Shown piece after piece: positions 22,627-34,433 of a stretch of DNA of 64,000 nt (its first letter is position 1; every line of letters starts with the position of its first letter). The stretch comes from an uncultured Actinomycetota bacterium. GTDB taxonomy: Bacteria > Actinomycetota > Actinomycetes > JAFAQI01. Position numbers and translations under genes: made by a program. The notes under the pieces were generated by a model, which worked only from the letters and a program-made list of their open reading frames with translations, made no database searches and had not been told where the DNA came from. The stretch spans positions 224,001-288,000 of the forward strand of contig CAVYQE010000001.1 of NCBI GenBank assembly GCA_963770565.1, in the 5' to 3' direction.

Positions 22627-24410
22627 TCACGCCGAAGCCGATTCGAGCGATTTCGCCTTCCGCTCGGCGATTTGCTCGAATTGTTCAGCGCGTTGGTGAT
22701 AGTATCCCAACGCAAAACGCCCTTGATCTTGCAACGAGAGTTGGCCTTTCGGGCCCGATGGCGGCAACAGCCTGGAGACCTCGGTCAAGAGCTTGTCGAG
22801 AGCCACAAAGGAGCCCGGCTTCTCCCCGCGCAGCTTTCGCAGATGATTCTCCGCATCGGCGTAGAGCCGAGAGAAAACGAGCGACGGCGCGGAGCTGAAC
22901 GTGCCGTAGAACTTGTCCACGACGTTCGCGTTGACATCGCCGAGCGCCGCGTACTGAATCTGCTCGAACACCGCCAACAGTCGGCCGTAAAGATACGCCG
23001 GCTGGCGCTCATCGGAATCCAATGTGTCAGTCACGGGAATGTCCCTTCGTAAAAGAATGAGCTTGATCAGAGCCATCCGGACCGCCCGGAAGCCAGAGCG
23101 GCCTTCGCGCGCAATCGCCGGAGGCATGCGACAAGCAACGATTCGCAAAGCGGAGTGCCGGCGATCGCGGATTCGAGCAACCGTGCCGGCGTGTCGGGGG
23201 CCACCTGATCGGAGTCGAAGGCGGTCGCGGCGGCAAGTTGCCAGAGCGGAAATGCGCGTGGTGGGCTTTCCGCCGCCGTGCTTGGAGACGTCGGCAATCC
23301 GCAATTGCCTGAACCAGCGGACGAGGTTTTCCATCGGCGCGGCATCGGCAGTTCGAGATAGTCGCGAACGACTGCCCGAGCGGCGTTTCCGCTCAGGACG
23401 AGCACATAGAATGCATTGACGTCGTCAACGGCATGGGACTCGACGCCCTTGAAGATCGATTCCAGCAGATGCTCGAATTGTTCCGCGGACGCTTCGAAGA
23501 TTCCCATGAACGAGGTGTCGGTCGGCTCGCGCGTCCAGAACAGAACGATGACGTCGCCCAATCGGATGCTGGTCCGCGGATTCCCGGGAACCTTATTTCG
23601 AATCAAGGCGTTCAGAGCGCGGCAATAACCGTCGACGGCGGCATATCCGAGACCGGCGTTCGCGGTCCCATCGAGGCCGTAGCTCTCGAATGCCGCCTTG
23701 TCATAGGAGACGATGCTCACTCCAGTCGAAAGACCTCCGGGAATTCCGCTCAACTTGATCGGATGCGTCGTCGGGATCGGGCCGAATTCGCGGGTCACCT
23801 GACATAGCCCGTGCGGGCCGCCCTGCTGTTTCGCAAGGCTCACTCGGGCAAACAATTCGGTGTACCACGCGCGGACTTTCGGTCGCTCGACGATCGTTTT
23901 TCCGTTGTCGGGATTCCAGGCAAAAGTGCAGCGGTCGCCGGCGCCGGGCTTGAGTTCGGCAAACTCCGCCCCGACTTTCGCGGCCAGCGATGCGTCGGCC
24001 TGAAGGGCATGCCCGAACTTCGCGACGGCGAGCAGCGCGGGATCGTCGGTCGCGGCGGCGGCTTCGTCGATTTGCCGCCAGAAGGTCGCTCGGCTCCGCT
24101 CGGCCTTTTCGCGGCTCTCGTCGTCGATGGCGACGGGCAACACGCGCGGGAGCGTGTCGGCAAAGTATTTGGCAAAGCCTTGATTGGCCGCGTTGCCGTG
24201 CGCCATCGGCACCGACAATGGATTTCCGCGATCGGGCTTCGGCTTTGCCGTTTTGCCTTTCGCCGGCAAAAACCCGCGCCGCTCGACGATGCCAAGATAG
24301 TTGCCGTCATCGCCGATCTGAATGATCCAGGGGACCGGCAATGTCTCGAAAGCCAAATCGTCGGTCAGGCCATCTCTTTTCGCCAATTCGTAAAGCCGAT
24401 TGAGGATCAT
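22627..24410 (-). CDS. cas8c: Cas8c/Csd1 large subunit (frameshifted)
   Basis: [67 protein letters not shown]. Confidence 0.95.
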
Positions 24411-25224
24411 GCCGCGGTCTCCTCTTTTTCCCAGCCGAGAATTTTGACGGGAGGCTCGCCGTTTGGTCCCGCGGCCTCGCGATCGCAATGCAACACGCCG
24501 CGAACGACATTGGCGTCGAAGTATCCCGGCTGATTCTTGCCGTTTTGGCCGTACTGAAGGTCATAGAGCATCAGGCCGAGGGATTGATTCCAGTCGGTCA
24601 ACGGCGCTTCCAATCCGTTGAACGGGAGCGAATTGGCAAGCAAACTCGCGGCAGCCCAAGTACGGCCGATGAAAGCACTGGCCCTTGGCCACGCGGCGGT
24701 TGAACATCGCGACATACTTGGCGACGTTGTCCGGCCCGCCGTCTTCATCGACATCGGGCGGTTTCATTCGCGGGCGATTGGCCTTGTCGGTCAGGAAGAT
24801 CGACGCATCGATGCGATAAGCGACGTGTTGCAAGCAAAGCGAATTCCGCTGCGTGCGATTCTGACCTTGCGCACTTTCGCGGCCCGCCGAATCGACGAGA
24901 TACGGCTGGAACGTCGAGGGATTCTTGATCCAACCTTCGACGGTCCGGGGAGCGATTTTCCCTTGAATCTCATTCCGGCGAATGCCGATCAGGCGATACG
25001 GCATCTCCGCCGCCGCGGGCGGGAAATCCGGTGGAAATGCCGGCCTGAGCGCCGTGATGCGGCGAACGTGCCATCGCATCTGCGGCTTGAAGAGAACCGC
25101 CTCCAGCGCCCCGCGCCGCGGAGGGGGTCATGAGCGGATAAGAAAGCCGCTCGACCTTCAACTCGGGGCGAGTAAACATCGCGAATTCGCCCCAGACCTT
25201 AATTGAGGCAACCGGCGTGGACAT
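24407..25224 (-). CDS. cas5: Cas5c/Cas5d crRNA-processing subunit (frameshifted)
   Basis: [51 protein letters not shown]. Confidence 0.95.
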
Positions 25225-25242
25225 AACGCTCTCCTTTGCTCG

Positions 25243-27499
25243 CTAGACTACAAGCGCGGTTTCGGCGGCCTCGCCGCTCACGCCAAGATACGCATCATAC
25301 GCTCCGTAATAGACGAGCAAACCCAGATTCTCGGTAAGCTGGGCAACCAAGCCGGTCATTTTCGCGATTTCGTGTCGCCGCAAGTTCACCTGAAACGGGA
25401 CCAACGCCCGGAAATTGGCGCGGGATTTGTCGGCGCGAAGATTGTCGAGCAAGATCTCTATCTCCGCTGTGCGCTCGCGCCACGTTGCCACGACAACCGG
25501 CACACTGTCGTCGTCGATGAGCGAGTAGAGCTTGGCCACTTCAGCGAAGTTGCCGGTCTTGCGATGGCCTTCGATGTTGTGGGCGTCGAGGTCTCCGGAA
25601 TGAAACAGCCTCGTGAAATAGGCGAGGATATCGGCTGGTTCGTCGATTCGCGGAGGATTGCCCGCGGCGAGAAAGTTCGCTTCAAGAATCTGGCGGCCGG
25701 CCTTGTACCATGGATCGCGCGGCATCGAATCCTCGGCCGCGCGGAACACCACGACTTCGCCGCCCGGTCAACCGTCGGGGCCGTTGAGCAGCCCTTCGCG
25801 ATTGCACCGACCCGCGGCTTGAATCACCGATTCGAGCGGCCCGATTTCGCGCATAACGAGCGGAAAATCCACATCGACGCCGGCCTCGATCAACTGCGTC
25901 GAGGCCAAGTGGCAGGGTTCGCCGCGCCGGAGCCGCTCGCGCACCGCGTCAAGGACGGCGAGGCGATGGGCCGGACACATCGCCGTCGAGAGATGAAACG
26001 CCGCATCGCCGACGCGCTGTTGAAGCTCCAAGAAGACGTTTCGGGCAGCGGCCCGCGTGTTGACGACGCACAGCGCAGCCCGACCGCCGCCGATAGCCCG
26101 GCCGTCGGTCATCCGCTCGGCAACCTGCGCCCAGGTGAGCGGCTCGTCGCCGCGCAGTGGCCAAACCACTTCGACTCGCTTCAGCCGACGGAACAGCTCC
26201 AGCCCGTCGGGGATGATTTCTGCGGCCCGGAGCCTTTCGTCCTCCGCAAGCTGCTCGTGGTCGAAAGCCGGTTGAGTCGCGGTGCAAAGAATAATCGACG
26301 CGCCGAGCGAATCGGCGACTTGCCGCAGCATGGCGCATGTCGGAGCAGCCAAACCCGGCGGCACGGATTGACATTCATCGAGGATGATGACGCTACGGGC
26401 GATGTTGTGCAGCTTTCGGCATCGCGACGGCCGATTGGAAAACAGGCTCTCGAAGAACTGCACGTTGGTCGTGACGATCAGCGGCGCGTCCCAATTCTCG
26501 GCGCGGCGAACGGCGTGCTGCGCGCCGTCTCGTCGCCATCGTCGCCGCCATAGGGCTCGGCCAAGCTGTGATGCTCGAAGAGATCGAGATCGGAACGGCC
26601 GATCCCGAGCCCTCGCGAATGACGGCGGCGTTTTGCTCCAGGATGGTCAAATACGGAGCGACATAGATTATTCGCCGCAGGCCGTTGAGCGCGGCATGCC
26701 GCAGTGCGAAGGCGAGGCCCGAGAGTGTTTTTCCGCCGCCGGTTGGAACCGTCAGCGAGAACAGGCCGGTTGCTTTTTCTGCGGCACTGAGGCAAGCCTG
26801 TAAGACTTCATCGCGGATTGTCGCGATCGCTCGCTGACACGACTTCGCGCGAATTTGGATGTGCTGAAGCAAGACCGCGAGCCGATCGGCCGGATTCAAT
26901 CGAGGCGGCGCGGGTTCGAGCGGCAACATGTTGACCGACCGCTCGTGAATCGAGCTATCGGTCCAATCGGCGTCGATCAAGCAACTGAAGATGATGCGCG
27001 TGAGGAACTCGGCTCCCAATGCGTCAACCGACCCGGCGAGACCCAAAGAAAGCGCGGCGATAGGCGGGCAGTCGGAGGCGACTGCCGCCGAGATCGCCGC
27101 CGCGTCGGAGGTCGCGAGCGGTGATTTGATCAGGCTGGCCAATGCGGCGCGGTCGGGGATCCCGCCGTGATGCCCGGCGATGGCGAAGGCAACGGGAACA
27201 TTTCCAGCCCGCGCCGTTCGCGCGGCGCCGGCCTGCTTGTGAAACGTCTGCTCGCGCGGAACGGTAAGCGGCCGCCTGTCGAATCGGCAGTCGAGCAGCG
27301 TTTGAAATCCCGTCCGGTACTTTCCCAGGTCGTGCAGCCAACCGGCAATCTTGGCGGTGGAAATAAAGGCGTCGTCGGCCGGGCATGCCGCGCGGGCGAA
27401 ATCCTCCGCAAGCCGGGCGACGTTGGCCAAGTGCTCGCGGAGCAACTGCCAATCGGCGCGATCGGCGCGGTGGCCGGAATGGGCGTAGTAAATGGACAT
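25243..27499 (-). CDS. cas3: Cas3 HD nuclease-helicase (frameshifted)
   Basis: YYAHS, WLHDLGKY, IAGHHGG, PTGGGKT, ILDECQ, STQLIEAGVDVDF, QAAGRCNREG. Confidence 0.96.
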
Positions 27500-27715
27500 G
27501 CGTGCGCAACCCTCGGGAGGGTAGCATAAGCCGCTGCGGGGTGCGCGCACAAGCAGTTTTGCCGTCGCGAGGGAAGAAAAAGCGAAGCGGCGGGCGGCAC
27601 GCGCGGGGCGCGCGGCTACGGTTGCGCGGCTGTCGAGACGCCGGCGTGCTGGTCGCGGAGCCTCATCGAGAATTCGGACGCGCCAAGCTGGATTGGGGCG
27701 ATGATGATTGCACAA

Positions 27716-27814
27716 ACTTTCGCGGGAGCGAAAGGCGACTGCGGATTGCGCAACCTCTCGCGGGAGCGAAAGGCGACAGCGGATCCGCAGCTTTCGCGGG
27801 AGCGAAAGGCGACT
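27716..27814. repeat. Three direct copies of REP-like CTTTCGCGGGAGCGAAAGGCGAC
   Basis: Seen directly; each copy is a short hairpin. Confidence 0.8.
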
Positions 27815-27844
27815 GGGGTTGCGCGCCTCGCCGCGTCGGCCGCG

Positions 27845-28567
27845 CTAGACCGGCAGGTCGATGTTGTGATAGATCTCCTGCACGTCTTCGCAATCGTTCA
27901 ACAAGCTGAGGAACTTTTCGAACTGGGCCAGGTCTTCCGGGCTCAGCGTCTTGCTGGTCTGCGCGACGAAGGTGATCTCTTGAGTTTCCAACTCGACTTT
28001 CGGAAAGGCTTTCAACAACGCCGTTTTGGCTTTGAAGAATTCGGCCGGCGGCGCGACGATCGTGATCCGCCCGCCTTGGCCTTCGACCTCGGTGACATTG
28101 ACGTCGGCGTCCAACATCGCTTCGAGCACCTGCTCTTCATTGTCGCCCGCAAACGACAACACCGCCAAGTGATCGAACGACAGGGCGACCGAACCGGCGG
28201 CGGCCAATTTCGAGCCCGTCTTCGTGAAGCAACTGCGGACCTCCGAGATCGTGCGTTGATAGTTGTCGGTCAAGCAATCGACGATCACCAACGAACCGCC
28301 GGGGCCGAATCCTTCGTAGCGGGCGGAGACGAAGTCCTCGCCGCCGACGCCGCGCGCTTTCTGAACCGCCTTTTCGATTACATGGGCCGGCACTTGATCT
28401 TTCTTGGCTTTCTCGATCAAGCTCCGCAATGCCGGATTGCCTTCGGGGTCCGGAACGCCGTTCTTGGCGGCAACGTAGAGCAGCGTGCCATATTTGGAAT
28501 ACAGCTTCGACTTCTGAGCCGCCGTCTTGAAGATCGAGTTCTTGCGATTTTCGAAATTTCTTCCCAT
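27845..28567 (-). CDS. YebC/PmpR family protein
   Basis: MGRNFENRK, DPEGNPALR, RYEGFGPGG, CLTDNYQRT, DVQEIYHN. Confidence 0.95.
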   Translation of the reverse strand: MGRNFENRKNSIFKTAAQKSKLYSKYGTLLYVAAKNGVPDPEGNPALRSLIEKAKKDQVPAHVIEKAVQKARGVGGEDFVSARYEGFGPGGSLVIVDCLTDNYQRTISEVRSCFTKTGSKLAAAGSVALSFDHLAVLSFAGDNEEQVLEAMLDADVNVTEVEGQGGRITIVAPPAEFFKAKTALLKAFPKVELETQEITFVAQTSKTLSPEDLAQFEKFLSLLNDCEDVQEIYHNIDLPV

Positions 28568-28956
28568 ATCGATTCTCGGGTTCGTTTTCGTGGCAAAAGG
28601 CCCGCAGGCTTCGGCACGGTCGGGCATCTCGCGGCCGTATTGCGGGGGGCAGCGACGCGGCCTCCGCGCGAGGTCGCCGGCTGGTCGCACCGACACTATT
28701 CTACCGTATTGCGGATTTTTTTCGCGGGGGCCACGGCGAGGCAGCCAAAGCCGATGGGGAACAGGCCGGAAGCCCGCGCGAGGCCGCGAAAAGCGGTGCG
28801 GCCCCGCTCCCAGGTCAGTCCGAGCCGGGCGTCGCCGCGGGGGGGCGGCTTGCCGGCCTGGCGTCGGTCGTTTTTATGCCCTGGGGCGGGGCCTGGAACC
28901 GCTCACGTGACAGCCCAAAGCCCGTGTTTTTCGGCGTTGCGGCAGCAAAACGGAGG

Positions 28957-30567
28957 CTAAATCAGGCGTCCTTGGGAAACCCGCCCGCCGAGTCCGAACA
29001 GCGCGTTGACCAGCGCATCGGCCGCGTCCGACGCACGGGGGGTCGCCGCGCGGGCATCGTGCGCAATCGTCGAGGCGAATGGCGAATCGACTATGCCGGC
29101 GATGCGGGCTGCGCTGGCGACGCGGGCGGCGCCGGCGACGCGGGCGGCGCCGGATGTCGAAGTGGGGTTCGTGGTGACTGTCGCGACGAGCGCGTTGTTC
29201 GTCGCCGTCGTGACGATCCCGCCGAAGCTGCCCAAGCCGATCGGGAATTTCGGCGGCGGAGGCAGATACTCGCTGTGGATCAGGTCGTTGACCAGCAGAT
29301 TGGCGACGGGGGTGCCGCGGCCGGTGGTTTGATCGAATCCGACTGTGGCCTTGTAGAAACCGGTGCTGCCGGTGGTGATGTCGTGGAAATCGGTTGCCGG
29401 CAGGCTATAGATGTCGGCCACCGTGTTGGCCAGGGTGTCTCCGCCCAATTGAGCGCGGCCTTGGTTGGCCAATGCGATCAGACCTGCCCATTGCGGAGCG
29501 CCGGCGCTGGTGCCGTTGACGGTTTCCCAGCCGCCGTCGACCGAGTTGAACACCCAAAAATCTGTGGCCCCGTAAGCCACGTCCGGCACGGAGCGCATCG
29601 AGTTCGAATTGAAACCGTTTTGATAGGCCGGCCGCGATTCCACGCCGCTGAACCCGCCGCCGCCATAGCTCCAGGCGGATTCCGTGTCGTACGACATCAA
29701 TTGGGGGTTCGCTGGGCCGGTGGTCACTGCGGGCCTCGCGATAACGCTGCCTGACGTCGAGTTAGCGACGGTCACGAGGCTTACGGAGGCCGTGATCACC
29801 GTGCCGCCAACGGCCAACACATTGGGCGACGTCGAGGGGTATTCCACCAGCGATCCGACGTCCCCCGCCGAGGCCACGAACGAGACCGGGCGGTGGCCTT
29901 GGGGCGTCGTAAACACATTGCTGTCGTAGTCGGTCTGGTTTTCGTCGAACCAGGAACTGGGGTTCCAGGTCCGCTCGAACTCCCGGCTGCCGAAGCTCAT
30001 CGAGACGACGCTGACGCCGGGCGAATTCCGGGCATAATCGGCCATGTACAACAGGTTGTCGTTGTTGCTGTCGGTGGCCTGGCAAAGGAGGATTTTCGCA
30101 CCCGGGGCGATGGCATGCGCCCATTCGACATCCAACGCCGTTTCGGTCGACCAGCCGGCGTCGGCCCGCGGCGGATTGCCGTTGCCGTCGATTTCCTTGG
30201 CAATCGACACGCTTGGATCGGGGAGTCCGAATTCCTGGTCGAACACATGCAGGTCTTGAACCAGCGTCGGATCGTCGTAGGCATCGATAATGGCGATCGT
30301 CGTGCCGGCGCCGTTGAGCGACAGCTTGTTGAAGCCATAGATCGAGCGGATTTGGGTGGGGGTGAACGGTCCGGTGCTGGTCGTCGTGAGCGCGACCGGC
30401 GGCGAGACCGTGAGTGCCGGCATCTCGGTGGGGCCGGCCGGTACTGCGAGCGGCCCCTGGACCTTGATGATCGTGCTGGCGCTGAGCATTTGCCGCGGTT
30501 CGAGGGCTTCGAAAGTGAACGATCGGCGCTGTTTGCGGGCGGACGGGCGCAAGATTTTGCGGTGCAT
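28957..30567 (-). CDS. S53 (sedolisin/kumamolisin-like) peptidase with planctomycete LEPRxLL-type N-terminus
   Basis: ETALDVEWAHAIAP, ASAGD, GTSAGAPQWAG, FEALEPRQML. Confidence 0.9.
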   Translation of the reverse strand: MHRKILRPSARKQRRSFTFEALEPRQMLSASTIIKVQGPLAVPAGPTEMPALTVSPPVALTTTSTGPFTPTQIRSIYGFNKLSLNGAGTTIAIIDAYDDPTLVQDLHVFDQEFGLPDPSVSIAKEIDGNGNPPRADAGWSTETALDVEWAHAIAPGAKILLCQATDSNNDNLLYMADYARNSPGVSVVSMSFGSREFERTWNPSSWFDENQTDYDSNVFTTPQGHRPVSFVASAGDVGSLVEYPSTSPNVLAVGGTVITASVSLVTVANSTSGSVIARPAVTTGPANPQLMSYDTESAWSYGGGGFSGVESRPAYQNGFNSNSMRSVPDVAYGATDFWVFNSVDGGWETVNGTSAGAPQWAGLIALANQGRAQLGGDTLANTVADIYSLPATDFHDITTGSTGFYKATVGFDQTTGRGTPVANLLVNDLIHSEYLPPPPKFPIGLGSFGGIVTTATNNALVATVTTNPTSTSGAARVAGAARVASAARIAGIVDSPFASTIAHDARAATPRASDAADALVNALFGLGGRVSQGRLI

Positions 30568-30777
30568 GACATTGGCTCCCGGAAAGAGATCGTGGCGGAG
30601 AAACGACTCGGCTGCCGGACGGCCGAGCGACGCACCGGCTCTCAGGTGCGCAGCGCCGCAGGATCCGCCGTTTTGCCGATTCTCTTGTAGAGCGCAAATG
30701 ACACAGCTTTGTTACACGACGGGCACGGCGACACGGGCACTGCGGCCGACGGAATTACCGAAAATCGGGCGTTCCAG

Positions 30778-30950
30778 GAGACTGTCCGAGAACCGGCATT
30801 AGCTTCCGGCGGGCGTTGCCAAAAGGGGGTCGGGAGTCGATTTCGCCCGCTGAACGACCCGTAGTGCCAACCTCGATCATGGCGAAATCGACTCCCGACC
30901 CCTTTCGCGGCGAGCATCCCCTTCGCCGCGGCCGGTTCTTGGACAGGCTC
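30778..30950. mobile_element. MITE family A, full copy with inverted core
   Basis: TIRs GAGACTGTCCGAGAACCGG / CCGGTTCTTGGACAGGCTC; flanks CCAG and CTAG. Confidence 0.8.
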
Positions 30951-31028
30951 CTAGGCGCAGGATTCCGGCTCCAATAAAATACTTTCGCAGGCGGCCAGGC
31001 TCCCAGGGGGCACGTTGTGAATCGGACA

Positions 31029-31660
31029 TTGCCCACTCCCTGGAAACCCACCAAGGCCCAGCTCCTCGCCGCGCACGACAAGCTCGTGCCCGGATCTCGT
31101 CGCCAAAAACCTCATCGTCCTCTTCGCCGGCATCAACCCCGGCCTCTACACCGCCGCGATCGGCCGCCATTTCGGCCGCCCCGGCAACCGCTTCTGGCCC
31201 GCCCTCTACGGCGGCGGCTTCACCCCGCGGCTCTTCTCCCCCTTTGAAGAATCGCTCCTTCTCGACCTCAAATTCGGCATCACCAACATCGTCGAACGCG
31301 CCACCGCCCGCGCCGATGAACTCACCGACGACGAACTTCGCGCCGGCGGCCGAGCGCCTCGAAGCCAAAGTCAAACGCTGGCGCCCCACCGTCGTCGCCT
31401 TCGTCGGCATCGGCCCCTACCGCATCGTCTCCGGCATCAAAGACGCCCGCGTCGGCCTCCAAAAGGCCCCCTTCGGCGGCAGCCACGCCTGGGTCCTCCC
31501 CAACCCCAGCGGCCTCAACGCCCACTACCAGCCCGCCGCCCTCGCACAACTCTTCGGAGACCTCCGCCTTTGGGCGGTCGCTCGGCACAAGCGCGGCGAA
31601 AATCGGCGCCGCGGAAATAGGCGCCGCGGAAATAGGCACGCGATTTCCCAATTGTTATAG
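31029..31660 (+). CDS. mug: G/U mismatch-specific DNA glycosylase (frameshifted)
   Basis: VLFAGINPGL, HFGRPGNRFWPAL, GITNIVERAT, WVLPNPSGLNAHY. Confidence 0.92.
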
Positions 31661-31678
31661 GAACAGGAGGGCCTATGG

Positions 31679-31945
31679 TAGGCTGTGAAAAATGAGACTG
31701 TCAACGGCATCCGATTTTATGCCGTTTTTGTTCCATCGAGCGCGCCGCGCAACGATCGTTAGCCGGTTCGCTTGCGAAAGGACGGCAGGAGATCGAGGAA
31801 CCCGGTAGGGTTCCCGGACCATCCCTATCGGGATGAATTTCATGCCACCTTGGAGTCGGAATTGCGCGAGTACGTGGTCGGAACAAAAACCAACCGAAAC
31901 ACAAACTCGAATTCCACCTCGAAACCGCACAGATTGCACAGCCTA
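31679..31945. mobile_element. MITE family B, full copy, 9-bp target duplication GGCCTATGG
   Basis: TIR TAGGCTGTG..CACAGCCTA; GGCCTATGG at 31670-31678 and 31946-31954. Confidence 0.85.
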
Positions 31946-32131
31946 GGCCTATGGCGTTGCAATAGATGCTGGATACGTTTCGTCAGTGCCGTCGCGGGCC
32001 TGCCGTTCCGCTCGCCAGTGGAATCGAAAGGCATCTGGAACCGAGTCGCATTTTGCAAGTGCGGGAAATCAGCGAACAGATCAAGTCGCGGATCAGATTC
32101 AATGCCGTCGTCGAGACCGGCGTTCCGGGGT

Positions 32132-32669
32132 TTATACCCAGAGGCAAGTGATGGCGAGACGCGTCGAAACTGCTACTTTGTGACTTTCGCTGCTGGCGGC
32201 GAGGCTCAAGGGGGTCGCTTTTTTCAAGAACCTGCCAAGCGGGATTTCGTAGCAAGCCCAGCCTGGCTGCTCCGGTTGGCCAGCGACCCGTTTGGCGAGG
32301 ATCCGAATCCGGGCGCGGTCGGCAAACTCCTTGCGGATTTGCAATTGCCCCGCGCCGGCCGTCTCGGGTTGGTTTCAACACGAACGGCGCCTTGACGTCA
32401 TAAGAATGGCCGCCTTGGCTATCGGTCTCCTTGCTGAACGCAATCAGTTCGATTGTAGCGATGGGCTTCAATCGTCCTTCGTCGGCGAGCGTCAACTTGA
32501 CGCTCAGCGTGCCGCCACCCGCGTCGCCGACCTGCACGTCGTACTTCAATCCCCACTCGTCTTTCGAGGGTCCAAGCAGATTATAGACCGCCCAACAGCG
32601 GCCGGCGTCAGTAAAGCTGACTGCGACCATCAAGATCGTCGTCGCGAGGCGTGGTAATCGAATGTTCAT
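32132..32669 (-). CDS. Secreted hypothetical protein (frameshifted)
   Basis: Signal-peptide-like MNIRLPRLATTILMVAVS; continues in ORF 32132..32344. Confidence 0.6.
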
Positions 32670-33080
32670 TGCGCGTTCACCTTTCGAAAATGCGCCGCAG
32701 CGCTGTCGCCGATCAGGCGTCGGGGCCTCGGCTGGTAACCTGTCCGGCCGACTATTCAAGCCGCGCGCGACGGCTGGGGCAATACCAATTTGAGATCGGT
32801 CGTAGAGATTCCACTTGACACGGTGCGAGAGCGACTCTTGGCGGTAGCTGAATTCGCAAGGATTCAGATCGCCGAATTGCTCGGAATTCCTGCGAATTCC
32901 GCTGCGCCTGGGCGTTGCCAAAAAATCTTGCCACAACCCCCTTGACACGATTATTTGTTCATCATGTACAGTATGTCTTCGGCGCTGTCATTCGACCTAA
33001 ACGGCCGTCGTTTGGCCGCGGAACCCCGCTTTTTGCCCTCGGTGATTGGGCAAAGCCACGTCTCGCAGTGGGGGGACGTC

Positions 33081-33335
33081 ATGGTCGCGAAATCGTGTCA
33101 AGTTGCGTTCACCAATCGGCAGTGGGAAGCGTATCAATTCGTGCTGAATTTTCACCGGCAGCGGCGCCGTGCGCCGACCGCCGCCGAACTCAGCCCGGCC
33201 CTTGGCATCACCCTCGTCGAGTCGGCCAAGCTGATCGGCGCCCTCACGGCAAAAGGCGTTCTCGAGCGTCGTGTCTACCACGTCCTGGCGATCGTGCCGC
33301 CGAGTTACCCGAGCGAAGAATTGGCGGAGGTTTGA
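33081..33335 (+). CDS. Stand-alone LexA-type winged-HTH protein
   Basis: FTNRQWEAYQFV..RAPTAAELSPALGI..LTAKGVLER resembles the LexA DNA-binding domain; no peptidase domain. Confidence 0.6.
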   Translation: MVAKSCQVAFTNRQWEAYQFVLNFHRQRRRAPTAAELSPALGITLVESAKLIGALTAKGVLERRVYHVLAIVPPSYPSEELAEV

Positions 33336-33533
33336 GCCGTGGTCTGCGCCTCAATCCCCTGCGCCGGCAAGCCGATTCTTGCGAACTGGGCGGCGATATG
33401 GGAAGATGCAGCGGACGCTGCCTGGCCGGAAACGTCGGCCATACGGGGCGTGAAGGTTTCGTGCCAAGCAAAACCATGCCTTTCGGGGCATGTCGCTGGA
33501 TCCACCCCTCAAGCCGCACTATCGCGTCGATCG

Positions 33534-33914
33534 TCAAAGGAGAAAGCCAACGTACAGCGCCATCGCTAGGAGCGAGCTTCATTGTTTTCAATTCATTTGG
33601 CGTCGCCCAACGGAGTTCAATATGCTCACGACACGTGGCTGTCCATCGATAAAACGGGCATAAAAACCAGCAGAAACTGCGAACCGTCGTCGCGGATGAT
33701 AAACTCGGGCCGCCCGACTTCCAATGTTTGAACGCCCAATTCCTCGCGCAACTCTTCGTGTAAGGGCCGCTGCCAATGACTCCCCCTCGCGGCATTTCCC
33801 TCCGGGAAACTCCCAAAGGCCGCCGTGCCGCTTGTTGTACGGCCTTTGACAGATTAGCAATTCGTCTCCCCTCGAAACGACTGCCGCAACTACGCGTACA
33901 AGCAGCTTTCCCAT
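33534..33914 (-). CDS. NUDIX (MutT/NudG-like) dNTP pyrophosphohydrolase (frameshifted)
   Basis: VVAAV..LICQRP..GGLWEFPGGKCREGESLAAAL.RE..EELGV Nudix box; EHIELRW. Confidence 0.85.
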
Positions 33915-34125
33915 AGACAGAACCCAGTGGAATTGACTGCCGACTTTCTTCAAAACCACGCAGCAGGGTAGCAACTTCACGCGGAACTTTGCTATTATAG
34001 GAGTCGCGGAGCCCTCCGCAACAACACCCCTCGATCGGGTCGCCGTACTGCCCGGACATGCGCATCGCATTTTTCAGATCATTTCTACGACGTCTCCAGG
34101 TTAAACGTTTCAAAAAGGCTCTAGG

Positions 34126-34433
34126 TTGGAACTCGCGTTTGATTCCAGAATCCTTCGAACGATCTGCCAGCGCGGGCCGAAGGAGCGACCGGCTCGGCCG
34201 AGACGTCGCGACGAAGTTGCGAAATCGGCTCGCGGATCTTGTGGCAGCGTCATCTGTCAACGATCTTGTGGCAGGCCGCCCTCGGCCGGTAGAGAATCAA
34301 CCCGAGCAAATGCAGGCTGGAACTTGGCAATGGCACTTCGCTCTTCTTTAAGGCAAACCACCAAAAGAACCCGGTCAACCAAGACGAACGATCGACTGGT
34401 GTCGGTTCGTCGATTAAAGATTATGAGGATTGA
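34126..34433 (+). CDS. HigB/RelE-like toxin (frameshifted, end approximate)
   Basis: MELAFDSRILRTIC..LGRDVATKLRNRLADLVAASSVNDL; lies directly upstream of the XRE-ImmA gene. Confidence 0.65.

Noticed and set aside
31029-31660. Mug glycosylase as part of the base-modification island
   Set aside because: Host-like high GC, opposite strand, and separated from the island by a MITE and an unrelated gene.
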